A DNA stretch of 64,000 nucleotides from Chitinophagales bacterium (GTDB lineage Bacteria; Bacteroidota; Bacteroidia; Chitinophagales; Chitinophagaceae): contig JACJXR010000009.1 in NCBI GenBank assembly GCA_020636505.1, positions 4,228-68,227 of the forward strand. Direction: 5' to 3'. The notes below the pieces were generated by a model. That model was not told the DNA's origin and did not search any database. It worked only from the letters and a program-made list of their open reading frames with translations. The translations under genes and the position numbers were made by a program. Of the stretch, positions 27,296 to 35,338 are shown one piece after another. Positions within the stretch are counted from its first letter, which is position 1. Every line of letters starts with the position of its first letter.

Positions 27296-28798
27296 ATGAA
27301 GTTTGAGATACCTTCTAACTTGAAGGTGAAACGCATCGTTTTTGATGCTGATGAAAGGAGTAATGATATCGCCATAGATAAGCTCCATTATGTATGCCAC
27401 ATTATTAATCGGTTAATGCTTCGTCTTGATGATGATATGCGTTATAACGGATCAGACTATAAGTATGGTGTGCCTCTTAATAGCAGAGCCTTAAGAAAGG
27501 CACTTGGTAGACGGTACAGAGATACAATTGACGTGCTTATAGAGCATGGTATTATTGAAACCAACGATGTGTTTGAAGTAGGTAAAACTAGTAAGCAATA
27601 TAGGTTTACTGAGCAGTATAGGTATAGTAGCACCAAGTATGTAGCACCGAAAACAAACAAGTATAGAGAATTCTCTATTCCCCAAGGGGCTGTTAAAATC
27701 GATGCTTCTACTTTCTATGATGTGAGGTTAGTAAAAAGGGTGCAGAAAATGTTTGTCGGGCTGACTATAGATGTAATAGCAGCAAACTCTTGGGTTGATA
27801 AATATTATGAAGAGCAGCGTCAAGTGATTATATCTGCCAAGAACAAAAAAGCTATACAACGCAAGCTGAAAGAACTTGTTATAAAATGTAATGGTTATAG
27901 AGAGAGTATCAGGAAGGTACACGTCAAAGAAGCCTCTTTTGTACAAGATGCGTTTGGGCATAGGTTGCACACGCCTTTAACAAGACTAAAGAAAGAACTA
28001 AGACAATTTGTCAGATATGATGGTATGCCTCTTGTTGAGATTGATATTGCAAACAGTCAATTATTCTTTATGATACCTCTTCTTCAGTGGAAAATGTATC
28101 ATCCACAAGCTGGAGGAGGGGAGAAAAATACTTTTAAACATAGAATATGGATAGGAGAAGACCAAAGAGAGACATATAGGAATACCATTATGTGGTGCAA
28201 AGAGGTTGAAATGCAATATAGTAAAGGCTTACAGGAGATAAGTTTTGTCTCCGATGCATGCAAAGGAATTGTATATGAACGTGTTGCCCAATATCTGAGT
28301 GCTAGTGGATACTTTAAAAACGAGGAGGCGAAAGAAGAAAAGAGAGCGCATGTTAAGAAGTATCTACTAAAGTTGATTTTTGCTTCACCAACAAAAAACT
28401 ACAGCATGTACAATGCAAGCATTGGAGCCATATGGGATGCTTTTAAGGCTTGTTATCCAGAGATAGGTAAATTGGTTATCTTGATAAAGGGAGTAGATTA
28501 TAAGGCAATATCAAGGCTGTTACAACGCATAGAGAGCTACTGCATAATAGGTAGTGTTTGTAAGATAGTAAATGATAAAAATGCTGACATCCCATTATTT
28601 ACATTGCATGATTGCATTGTTACAACAGATAATTATGTTGAAACTGTGGAGAAAGAGCTATTAGGTATTATTACAGAATTGATTGGGTTTACACCAACCG
28701 TTAAGAGGAAGGTGTGGAATGTGAAGAAAACACAGTTTACTATGTTAAAGAATTACATTGACCGTATAAGTAATTTGATAAGAAAAAGGGCCGCATAA
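27296..28798 (+). CDS. Hypothetical 500-aa protein: N-terminal winged-helix-like region plus C-terminal region with family-A/T7-like polymerase motifs A, B and C (candidate element replicase)
   Basis: Motifs are GHRLHT (aa 221-226), LVEIDIANSQLFFM (D250), R350-x3-K354-x3-L358-x3-F362 and LFTLHDCIV (H438-D439). These are by-eye motif matches only. It is certainly a coding ORF; the function is inferred. Confidence 0.5.
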   Translation: MKFEIPSNLKVKRIVFDADERSNDIAIDKLHYVCHIINRLMLRLDDDMRYNGSDYKYGVPLNSRALRKALGRRYRDTIDVLIEHGIIETNDVFEVGKTSKQYRFTEQYRYSSTKYVAPKTNKYREFSIPQGAVKIDASTFYDVRLVKRVQKMFVGLTIDVIAANSWVDKYYEEQRQVIISAKNKKAIQRKLKELVIKCNGYRESIRKVHVKEASFVQDAFGHRLHTPLTRLKKELRQFVRYDGMPLVEIDIANSQLFFMIPLLQWKMYHPQAGGGEKNTFKHRIWIGEDQRETYRNTIMWCKEVEMQYSKGLQEISFVSDACKGIVYERVAQYLSASGYFKNEEAKEEKRAHVKKYLLKLIFASPTKNYSMYNASIGAIWDAFKACYPEIGKLVILIKGVDYKAISRLLQRIESYCIIGSVCKIVNDKNADIPLFTLHDCIVTTDNYVETVEKELLGIITELIGFTPTVKRKVWNVKKTQFTMLKNYIDRISNLIRKRAA

Positions 28799-28809
28799 GC
28801 AGCCCTTTT
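28784..28809. terminator. Hairpin overlapping the stop codon of 27296-28798, between convergent genes
   Basis: AAAAGGGC...GCCCTTTT stem with an inner GC/GC pairing, followed by a T-rich run. Confidence 0.5.
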
Positions 28810-29000
28810 ATTACATTCGAATATGCAAATTGCTATACCATCTCACCTCGTTTCAGCGTTTCACAGGAGAAATCAATGTCTCACTATGTATATCTGATAA
28901 TTTATCATTTTCATGCGTTGTAGAGCTATAGCCTTGGTAAACAAAGTGTGTTGCCAATAGGTAGTAACAAGCTTTACCTTTTGCGTTATCATTCTTATTC

Positions 29001-29402
29001 TCAACCATTTTTATGACTATTTATAAACTGTTCAACATGCTCCTTTGTATATAGGTATTTTCTGCTTCCTGGAGCTTTTACAAATCCGATATAACCATTA
29101 TCACGATACTTCTGTAATGTCTTGCGACTTACTTTCAACATGCGGCAAACTTGTGCTGTATTGTAGTATTGTGTTTCTTCAGCATGTTCTTTGCTGAAAT
29201 GTTGAAGAATAAACTGCTTAACCGCAGTGATTACTTCTGGGCTGTCTAAAGCCTGTAACACCTCATCTTTTACATAGACGTTACCTAGTGCATCTACATA
29301 TGCACCTTTCTGTTTCCCTTCGTCGAGGTATACCTGTAGCCTTTGTTCAGGCATACCTAGACGTCTGGCTAATGCCAGTTTCTCATTCTTGTTTTTAGGC
29401 AT
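29001..29402 (-). CDS. Excisionase-family / MerR-like helix-turn-helix DNA-binding protein (Xis candidate)
   Basis: The C-terminal half reads YYNTAQVCRMLKVSRKTLQKYRDNGYIGFVKAPGSRKYLYTKEHVEQFI, which fits the excisionase-type HTH pattern. It lies next to the integrase. Confidence 0.7.
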   Translation of the reverse strand: MPKNKNEKLALARRLGMPEQRLQVYLDEGKQKGAYVDALGNVYVKDEVLQALDSPEVITAVKQFILQHFSKEHAEETQYYNTAQVCRMLKVSRKTLQKYRDNGYIGFVKAPGSRKYLYTKEHVEQFINSHKNG

Positions 29403-29672
29403 AATAAACCTGTTAGTACTGCTTCATAGCAATACATGTTAATTAATACAACATGTAAGACTACCACGCCGTGCTGTGGTAGAATCCGTATGCTTGGGTA
29501 TACTGATACTGTAAGTATACACCTAAACAAATTCAGCCTTACAGCAATATCAGACTGAACCTGTCAATGAAGCCCCACTAATGCTCAAGAGATTGAGCTT
29601 TTAGGTTCTAAGTGGAGTAATACGACTATTGTCGTATAGCAAAACTATGTTTCTGCTTTGTTTTTACAAAAA

Positions 29673-30884
29673 TTATTCATCAAACGCTTTCATAGACTGA
29701 TCCAAGTCGGCATTGACGATCTTAGCGTAAATAAGAGTCTCTCGTATGTTTGCATGGCCTAATAGCTTTTGTACATGTTCTATAGGTATTCCTCTTCGCA
29801 GGGCATTTGTTGCAAATGAGTGTCTGCTAACGTGAAAGGAAAGATTTTTATTAATATCTGCTTTTTTCGCTATTGATTTCAGGTTCTTATTGATCTTAGC
29901 AGTAGCTAAAGTAATTGCTTTGTCTAGCTTAACAGGGTCTGCTTTTGTAATATCCTCATGCAAGCATGCGAATACATAGTCGTTCTCTTCGTTTCCTTTA
30001 GCCCTGTATCTGTTTAGGATATTCTGAGCGACTTTAGGCATGTATATAGTAGATTGAACGCCTGTCTTCTGAATAACAATGTTTATATGCTCTCCGGATA
30101 TGTTCCCCCATTTCAGTAATAACACATCTGATACTCTCAGTCCACATGCATAACATGAAAAAATGAACATGTCACGGTGTTTTTGTAGTCTAGGGCTGTC
30201 CGATAGGTCCAAATGCATGATAGCATCGATCTCATGTTGAAGAAGATACGCTCTCTCTGTTTTTGCTGATCTTAAGGTTATCTTTCCAAAAGGGTTGTCC
30301 CTTTGCTCGATTAGCCCTTCCTTGACTGCTGTATTAAATACCTGACGGATGAATTTAAGATTACTGTGAACGGTACTGGCAGAGTTGCCAATAACTTTAA
30401 CCATATACCTTTCGTATTTCTTGATAAAACTTACGTCAATATCTGTAAATGCATAACTGTCTTTTCCAACATACTTTTTTAGTTTAGCAATTACAGATTT
30501 CGTTCGATCATATGTACCTATTTTACCTTTTGCATAATATCCGTTAACAATACTGTTTGCGACTGCGAAAAAGTCTTCATTGCTGGTTCCGTTCAAGGTT
30601 GCTTTTATCTCTTTAACGCTGACATGAAGGTCTTTGCTCTCTGTCTTCAAGAGACTATTAAGGATAGCAGTTTCTTTCGTTCTAAGCATATTATTCATAC
30701 GAACACTATTTGGGTGGGTAGTTTTCACGACCTTTCTTTGGTCATCCCAGAATCGCTCTTCTATTCGTATGCCAGTTGCAATATTTGTACTTTTTCGGTT
30801 TTTAATTATCCTGAAATAAAGGGGTAGTGTTCCTTTCTTGTTTAGCTTATCCTTTCTTAGTACTAGTTGTATAGATGATGCCAT
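29673..30884 (-). CDS. Tyrosine-type site-specific integrase
   Basis: Start chosen at MASSIQLVLRKDKLNKKGTLPLYFRI, the typical Bacteroidota integrase N-terminus. Catalytic pattern: GLRVSD (R), HVSRHSFAT (H-x-x-R), LLGH and TLIYAKI (Y). Confidence 0.9.
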   Translation of the reverse strand: MASSIQLVLRKDKLNKKGTLPLYFRIIKNRKSTNIATGIRIEERFWDDQRKVVKTTHPNSVRMNNMLRTKETAILNSLLKTESKDLHVSVKEIKATLNGTSNEDFFAVANSIVNGYYAKGKIGTYDRTKSVIAKLKKYVGKDSYAFTDIDVSFIKKYERYMVKVIGNSASTVHSNLKFIRQVFNTAVKEGLIEQRDNPFGKITLRSAKTERAYLLQHEIDAIMHLDLSDSPRLQKHRDMFIFSCYACGLRVSDVLLLKWGNISGEHINIVIQKTGVQSTIYMPKVAQNILNRYRAKGNEENDYVFACLHEDITKADPVKLDKAITLATAKINKNLKSIAKKADINKNLSFHVSRHSFATNALRRGIPIEHVQKLLGHANIRETLIYAKIVNADLDQSMKAFDE

Positions 30885-30909
30885 AATTAAATTATTTCTG
30901 TAAAAAAAG

Positions 30910-30953
30910 GGGTACAACATGGGGCAAACAAAAAGGTGTTTTTGCTCCTCAAT
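30910..30953 (+). repeat. Right-arm copy of the ~45-bp motif (partner 9956-10000), in the integrase upstream region
   Basis: See 9956-10000. It also forms an imperfect palindrome, GGGGCAAACA-aaaagg-TGTTTTTGCTCC. Confidence 0.6.
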
Positions 30954-31034
30954 AATGCCTATTGTTACTCGATAAAAAATATTAATATGATTGCTGAGAG
31001 AGGAATACAGTAAATCAAAGAGTAAGAATGGGTA

Positions 31035-31050
31035 GGAAGTGTTTTCCTGA
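31035..31050 (+). repeat. attR core: TCCTGACGGGGTCACT
   Basis: Exact copy of 9886-9901. No tRNA body precedes it. Confidence 0.85.
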
Positions 31051-31060
31051 CGGGGTCACT

Positions 31061-31088
31061 TGATGATGAAGCCCACCGCAAAGCGGTA
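31061..31088 (+). terminator. Hairpin + T6 immediately right of attR (likely the original tRNA-Arg terminator)
   Basis: GCCCACCGC-aaa-GCGGTAGGGC (one bulged A) followed by TTTTTT. Confidence 0.65.
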
Positions 31089-31295
31089 GGGCTTTTTTCT
31101 TTGTGTGAACCAAACTTGTTGTAGCGAAACAAAGAAGAAGAAGCCCTGTTGAGACCCGCGACTGGATAATTCCACAACTTGTGGAGAGCTCACCCTACAA
31201 TAAAATCATATTCATTATTTTAATGTCAAAATAGCTAGAGTACCACTTAAGGGAAATACTTATACCCCCTTTAAGTGATTTATTAATTGAAAAAT

Positions 31296-32198
31296 ATGCC
31301 TAGAATATTGTTGTTTTTAATACTAAATATTTTTGCTTGTGCCCAGTCTATTGCACAAGAGAAAGGTGTTGCTCAATCTATTGCAGATAAGGAACGCATA
31401 AATGCCATTAATACCTTAGACTCTCTTTGTTTAAAAGATAAGTATCAGGAAATTATCAACTTTTGTAGTGAATCAAACTATCATTTAAACTCTGTTTGCA
31501 CGTACAACTTAATTGGTGCTCATTATTTTTTAGGTGATTCTATAATAGCCTGGAGTTTATTGGATAAAGAAATAAATAGAATTACTTCTAATTCGTCCAA
31601 TAGTCCTTATGCGTTGCATCTTTTATTGGGTGAGGATTATTCATCCTACAAGAAGTTTTTAATGACTAGCTCGGCTAAAAGCTACATTGTAAGCATAATG
31701 GATTCACTTTATATGATGGAAAGTATTACCGAAAAAGAAAGTGGTAAAGAATTGATGCATCTATTGATTGAAGATCAATGGGTTCGAAAAACGTCATCAT
31801 TATATGATCACTTTAAACCAGACAGAAAACACCTGTTACCTAGTAAAATTGATAGCATGGATGCTATCAAGGCGCAAAGAGATCATTGTACCAAAGTTTT
31901 CGACTTTTATCAAAAGCAAAATAAACTCTTTTCCAAGACAGAAGTAGGAATATTATATTACAGGCAACTATTTCTTTTTTTTCATGAGGTGGATATGACA
32001 AGACGTGACTTTTATCACAAATTATTAAAAGAAGGAGTGGCTTCCGGGGCTTTTAAAATAGAGGCTCAAATGAACTTTGAAATGAGTACTCGATTTATTG
32101 AAATGGGAGCTTTAGAGTTTTTTAAACATCTGGACGAAATTCAAGAAGAGTATAGAAAGAAATACTCAAAACCTGGGTACAGATATGGTATATATTAG
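31296..32198 (+). CDS. Hypothetical secreted protein (~300 aa)
   Basis: Signal-peptide-like N-terminus MPRILLFLILNIFACAQSIAQ. Looks AT-rich by eye. No recognised motif. Confidence 0.6.
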   Translation: MPRILLFLILNIFACAQSIAQEKGVAQSIADKERINAINTLDSLCLKDKYQEIINFCSESNYHLNSVCTYNLIGAHYFLGDSIIAWSLLDKEINRITSNSSNSPYALHLLLGEDYSSYKKFLMTSSAKSYIVSIMDSLYMMESITEKESGKELMHLLIEDQWVRKTSSLYDHFKPDRKHLLPSKIDSMDAIKAQRDHCTKVFDFYQKQNKLFSKTEVGILYYRQLFLFFHEVDMTRRDFYHKLLKEGVASGAFKIEAQMNFEMSTRFIEMGALEFFKHLDEIQEEYRKKYSKPGYRYGIY

Positions 32199-32217
32199 GA
32201 AATGAGTGCTTTTATCT

Positions 32218-32242
32218 CTTGTTGGTGAAGAACACCAACAAG
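32218..32242. terminator. Perfect 10-bp hairpin between convergent genes
   Basis: CTTGTTGGTG-aagaa-CACCAACAAG. There is no clear U-run. Confidence 0.45.
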
Positions 32243-32264
32243 GGCGTAAAGGCCGGTAGAGAAC

Positions 32265-32645
32265 CTACTCAAACTTCACCCTTGTCAATATATACAAGTA
32301 CAGCACCTTGGATATACGCATCAGCCATGGTTGTAGCAGTACAACCATAATGGTGGACGCACCAAGCGCATAGTACATGCTGTTGTCTTTCCACGACAAC
32401 CCGAATATGACTGCATAAAGTATAAAACAGAGTATATACACCACCACAGTACTTACGTAGTTCATGCCCGGTGCATCGTTACTTTTGTGTTGCAACGTTT
32501 CGCCACACTCGGTACACTTTTCATGCGTGGCCAACATCTTTCCTAGTGGGAATACGCTCTTGTTTATGAAAACATCTCCTTTGCCACAGTGTGGGCACTT
32601 CATGCGTACTATACCACGAAGCATTGGAGGCTTTTGCTCAGACAT
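32265..32645 (-). CDS. DUF983 domain protein (zinc-ribbon + two TM segments)
   Basis: CPHCGKG...CTECG zinc ribbon followed by two hydrophobic helices. 126 aa, the typical DUF983 layout. Confidence 0.75.
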   Translation of the reverse strand: MSEQKPPMLRGIVRMKCPHCGKGDVFINKSVFPLGKMLATHEKCTECGETLQHKSNDAPGMNYVSTVVVYILCFILYAVIFGLSWKDNSMYYALGASTIMVVLLQPWLMRISKVLYLYILTRVKFE

Positions 32646-32767
32646 CTGCTTGTTGTTTCCGTAAAATTAAAAAAATGGACAACAAAACACTCGTCATTGC
32701 GAGGTGTGTAGCGACGTGGTAATCTCACGAAACGTTACTCTTACTTGGATATAAACTTCATTTTATA

Positions 32768-33037
32768 CTATTCATATATTCCGGTAGCAGTCAATACATA
32801 TCTGAATTTTGTGAAATCAGGAGTCAATTCAGTCTTAGTAAGCTCTAATATTTTACCCAGTTGCTGTTCGTCGAGAACGTAACCATCATAGTAATTGACG
32901 TCATCGTCTCTATATTCTATAAAATCACTTACTTCAATAGGACTGAATTCAATTTCATATGCTTCTAAAACCGGTCCTGAATCATTGGTGTCATAAAGTT
33001 CAATATGTCTTTCTATTCGTATGAGTTTTCCTAACAT
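32768..33037 (-). CDS. Hypothetical small acidic protein (89 aa)
   Basis: Clean ORF, rich in D/E/Y. No family recognised. Confidence 0.5.
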   Translation of the reverse strand: MLGKLIRIERHIELYDTNDSGPVLEAYEIEFSPIEVSDFIEYRDDDVNYYDGYVLDEQQLGKILELTKTELTPDFTKFRYVLTATGIYE

Positions 33038-33102
33038 AACGTAATTTATTACTATTATTTATTGTATATTTGCTATTATAAATAAACCTAAAACTCAATA
33101 CC

Positions 33103-33729
33103 ATGAATCAAAAACAACAACGCTTCGTTACGGAGTATCTCCGCATTGGGGATAAGGTCATCGCCTACCGTATAGCTTACCAAACACGTTCCACCAACTT
33201 GCGCTCATTGGAGTCTGCCGTTAATCGATTACTGAACGACCCCGAAGTGGCCAAAGCTATTTCTGATGTACAGTCGCGCATACGTGCAGATGTGGAGCAG
33301 GAGCTTAAAGAAGAATTCCGCAGAGAACTATTGAGCGTTCAGCGCAAGCGAGAGCTGTTGGCCGCCATCGCTACAGGCGATATACTGGTCGAGCAGCATT
33401 ACAAAGGCAAAGGATGTGCTACTTGCACACAACTAGTAAGGCCAACCATCAACCAAATGCTCAAAGCCATAGATATAGACAGTAAGCTGGCAAGGCATTA
33501 TACAGTCAATAAGCCCGCAAGCAAGACGGATACCATTCAACCTGTAAAGCCCCTTAAGGAGCATAGGGTAGAGCAGCCTGAACCTACACCAGTACAAGGT
33601 GATATTGCCGCTGAACAAGAGTTGGGAGTCATTACAGACGAAAAATTGCATAGGTTCATATGCCCTGAGGTAAGCAACACAAGGACAATTGCCCTAGTTC
33701 CTACCAAACAGTACCAACAATTGGAATAA
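33103..33729 (+). CDS. Phage terminase small subunit-like protein (Terminase_2-type N-terminus), orphan
   Basis: N-terminus MNQKQQRFVTEYLRIGDKVIAYRIAYQ...SAVNRLLNDPEVAKAI matches the QxRFxxEYL...A...AGY...A..LL..P.V pattern of PF03592-type TerS. A TATATTTG box lies at 33065-33072. Confidence 0.65.
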   Translation: MNQKQQRFVTEYLRIGDKVIAYRIAYQTRSTNLRSLESAVNRLLNDPEVAKAISDVQSRIRADVEQELKEEFRRELLSVQRKRELLAAIATGDILVEQHYKGKGCATCTQLVRPTINQMLKAIDIDSKLARHYTVNKPASKTDTIQPVKPLKEHRVEQPEPTPVQGDIAAEQELGVITDEKLHRFICPEVSNTRTIALVPTKQYQQLE

Positions 33730-33938
33730 AACATGGATTCTGCAACAAAACACAACAATTTGCAACAAACCGATGTTATTGCGATGACCCCGATCTTTTA
33801 AAATAATCATAATTTATAGCAGGAAACAAAAGAATAATATGGCCGCTTTTTCTTAACTGGCTTTGTTTACGTACATTTGTTAGCCATTTCAAACAGGTTA
33901 TCATTTTTCAACATATATAATTAACGAGTACATATTTC

Positions 33939-35258
33939 ATGGGTTACATTAAAGAACGTTTCAAAGAAAAGGCAGACGCGCTGGGAGCAGAGATCAAGGA
34001 TATCTTGTCGCAGCACGGAGAAAAGGTTATTGGTGAAGTGAAGGTGTCGCAAGCATACCAAGGTATGCGTGGTATACCGGGCCTTATTACCGAAACATCT
34101 TTATTGGATTCTGAAGAAGGTATCCGTTTCCGTGGTTACTCCATCCCCGAGTTGAGAGAATTGCTGCCAAAGGCAGAGGGCGGTATAGAGCCGTTGCCTG
34201 AAGGTCTGTTCTATCTTATGTTGGTGGGAGAGCTTCCGTCAAAAGAAGATGTGGACCACTTGAGTGCTGTATTGGCGCGCCGTTCTAATGTGCCAAAACA
34301 CGTATTCAACATACTGGACAAAATGCCGGTATCCACTCACCCGATGACCTTGTTCTCCATCGGTGTTATGGCATTGCAAACCGAGTCTAAGTTTGCCAAG
34401 GCATACAAAGACGGTATCAGCAAGAAAGATTACTGGGAGTATACTTACGAAGATACCATCACATTGATAGCCCGCCTTCCTCAATTGGCTGCTTATATCT
34501 ACCGCATGAAGTATCATGGTGGTGAAAGCATCGAGCCGGATGCGGACTTGGATTGGGCTGCGAACTTCGCGCATATGTTGGGCTACGAAGACAAGAGCTT
34601 CTGGGCTTTGATGAGATTGTATATGACCATCCACGCCGACCACGAAGGTGGTAACGTGTCTGCACATGCCACACACCTTGTGGGTTCTGCACTTAGCGAC
34701 CCTTACTTGGCCTTTACAGCGGGTATGACCGGTCTTGCAGGTCCTTTGCACGGCTTGGCCAACCAAGAGGTGATAGGCTGGATAGAAGATATGTGTGAGG
34801 AGTTGAACACTCAAGAACCATCACAAGAGCAAATAGCACAATACATAAAAGATACATTGGCTGCGGGTAAAGTGGTTCCGGGTTACGGACACGCGGTATT
34901 GCGCAAGACCGACCCTCGTTTCACCGCACAAATGGAGTTTGCCAAGGTACATTGCCCTGATGCTCCTATGGTGAAGAATGTATGGAAGATATACGAAGTG
35001 GCTCCGGACATCTTGAATGCTACCGGAAAGATCAAGAACCCTTGGCCTAACGTTGATGCACACTCAGGTGCTTTGTTGACGCACTATGGTCTTGTTGAGA
35101 AAGAGTTCTATACCGTATTGTTCGGTGTATCTCGTGCTCTTGGTGTATTGGCCAGCCTTTGTTGGGATCGCGCACTTGGATTGCCTATCGAGCGTCCTAA
35201 GTCGCTTACCACCAAGCGTATCAAAGAGATGATCGGTGAAACCGAGGTTGCCTCTTAA
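33939..35258 (+). CDS. gltA: Citrate synthase
   Basis: 439 aa. Contains [43 protein letters not shown] and [15 protein letters not shown]. Confidence 0.95.
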   Translation: MGYIKERFKEKADALGAEIKDILSQHGEKVIGEVKVSQAYQGMRGIPGLITETSLLDSEEGIRFRGYSIPELRELLPKAEGGIEPLPEGLFYLMLVGELPSKEDVDHLSAVLARRSNVPKHVFNILDKMPVSTHPMTLFSIGVMALQTESKFAKAYKDGISKKDYWEYTYEDTITLIARLPQLAAYIYRMKYHGGESIEPDADLDWAANFAHMLGYEDKSFWALMRLYMTIHADHEGGNVSAHATHLVGSALSDPYLAFTAGMTGLAGPLHGLANQEVIGWIEDMCEELNTQEPSQEQIAQYIKDTLAAGKVVPGYGHAVLRKTDPRFTAQMEFAKVHCPDAPMVKNVWKIYEVAPDILNATGKIKNPWPNVDAHSGALLTHYGLVEKEFYTVLFGVSRALGVLASLCWDRALGLPIERPKSLTTKRIKEMIGETEVAS

Positions 35259-35288
35259 GAACAAATACATAAATATTTATTATAATTA

Positions 35289-35316
35289 CAGAGGCGCTCC
35301 AAAGGCGTCTCTGTTT
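35289..35316 (+). terminator. Intrinsic terminator candidate after gltA
   Basis: CAGAGGCGC-tccaaag-GCGTCTCTG forms a 9-bp stem with one G-U, followed by TTTATT. Confidence 0.6.
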
Positions 35317-35338
35317 ATTCCATCATAATATTATTGCA

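Larger units (their letters stand above)
9886..31050. mobile_element. ~21.1-kb tRNA-Arg-integrated genomic island / integrative element (int, xis-like, replication-like genes, metal-resistance cargo)
   Basis: Exact 16-bp direct repeats lie at both ends, the left one being the tRNA 3' end. A tyrosine integrase and an Xis-like HTH protein sit inside the right end. The ancestral-looking tRNA terminator lies immediately right of the right repeat. The interior looks more AT-rich than the flanks by eye (not computed). Confidence 0.85.

Noticed and set aside
27250-27306. 18-codon upstream ORF (MNLNMDYLWLTTQITNEV) overlapping the start of the polymerase-like gene
   Set aside because: It is too short, with no supporting signal. 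It could be a leader peptide, but the sequence alone offers no way to support that.
30885-30920. 12-codon N-terminal extension of the integrase ORF (MLYPFFYRNNLI)
   Set aside because: The internal Met gives the canonical integrase N-terminus (MASSIQLVLRKDK...). The extension overlaps the conserved non-coding arm motif that is also found at 9956-9976, where no gene exists.
9886-31050. Interpretation of the island as a prophage or as a conjugative ICE
   Set aside because: There are no capsid, portal, tail, large-terminase or lysis genes. There are also no relaxase, coupling-protein or T4SS genes. Only integration, replication-like and cargo functions are present.
33781-33795. GATGACCCCGATC, whose reverse complement shares CGGGGTCA with the att core, as a possible third att site bounding an older island
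   Set aside because: Only 8 contiguous bases match, a match length expected about twice by chance across the two strands of this window. The match is also in inverted rather than direct orientation.
34239-34814. 191-aa minus-strand ORF (plus smaller ORFs at 34459-34692, 34821-35063 and 35064-35270)
   Set aside because: They are antisense to citrate synthase. The translations are rich in His, Arg and Cys, as is typical of reverse-frame artefacts.
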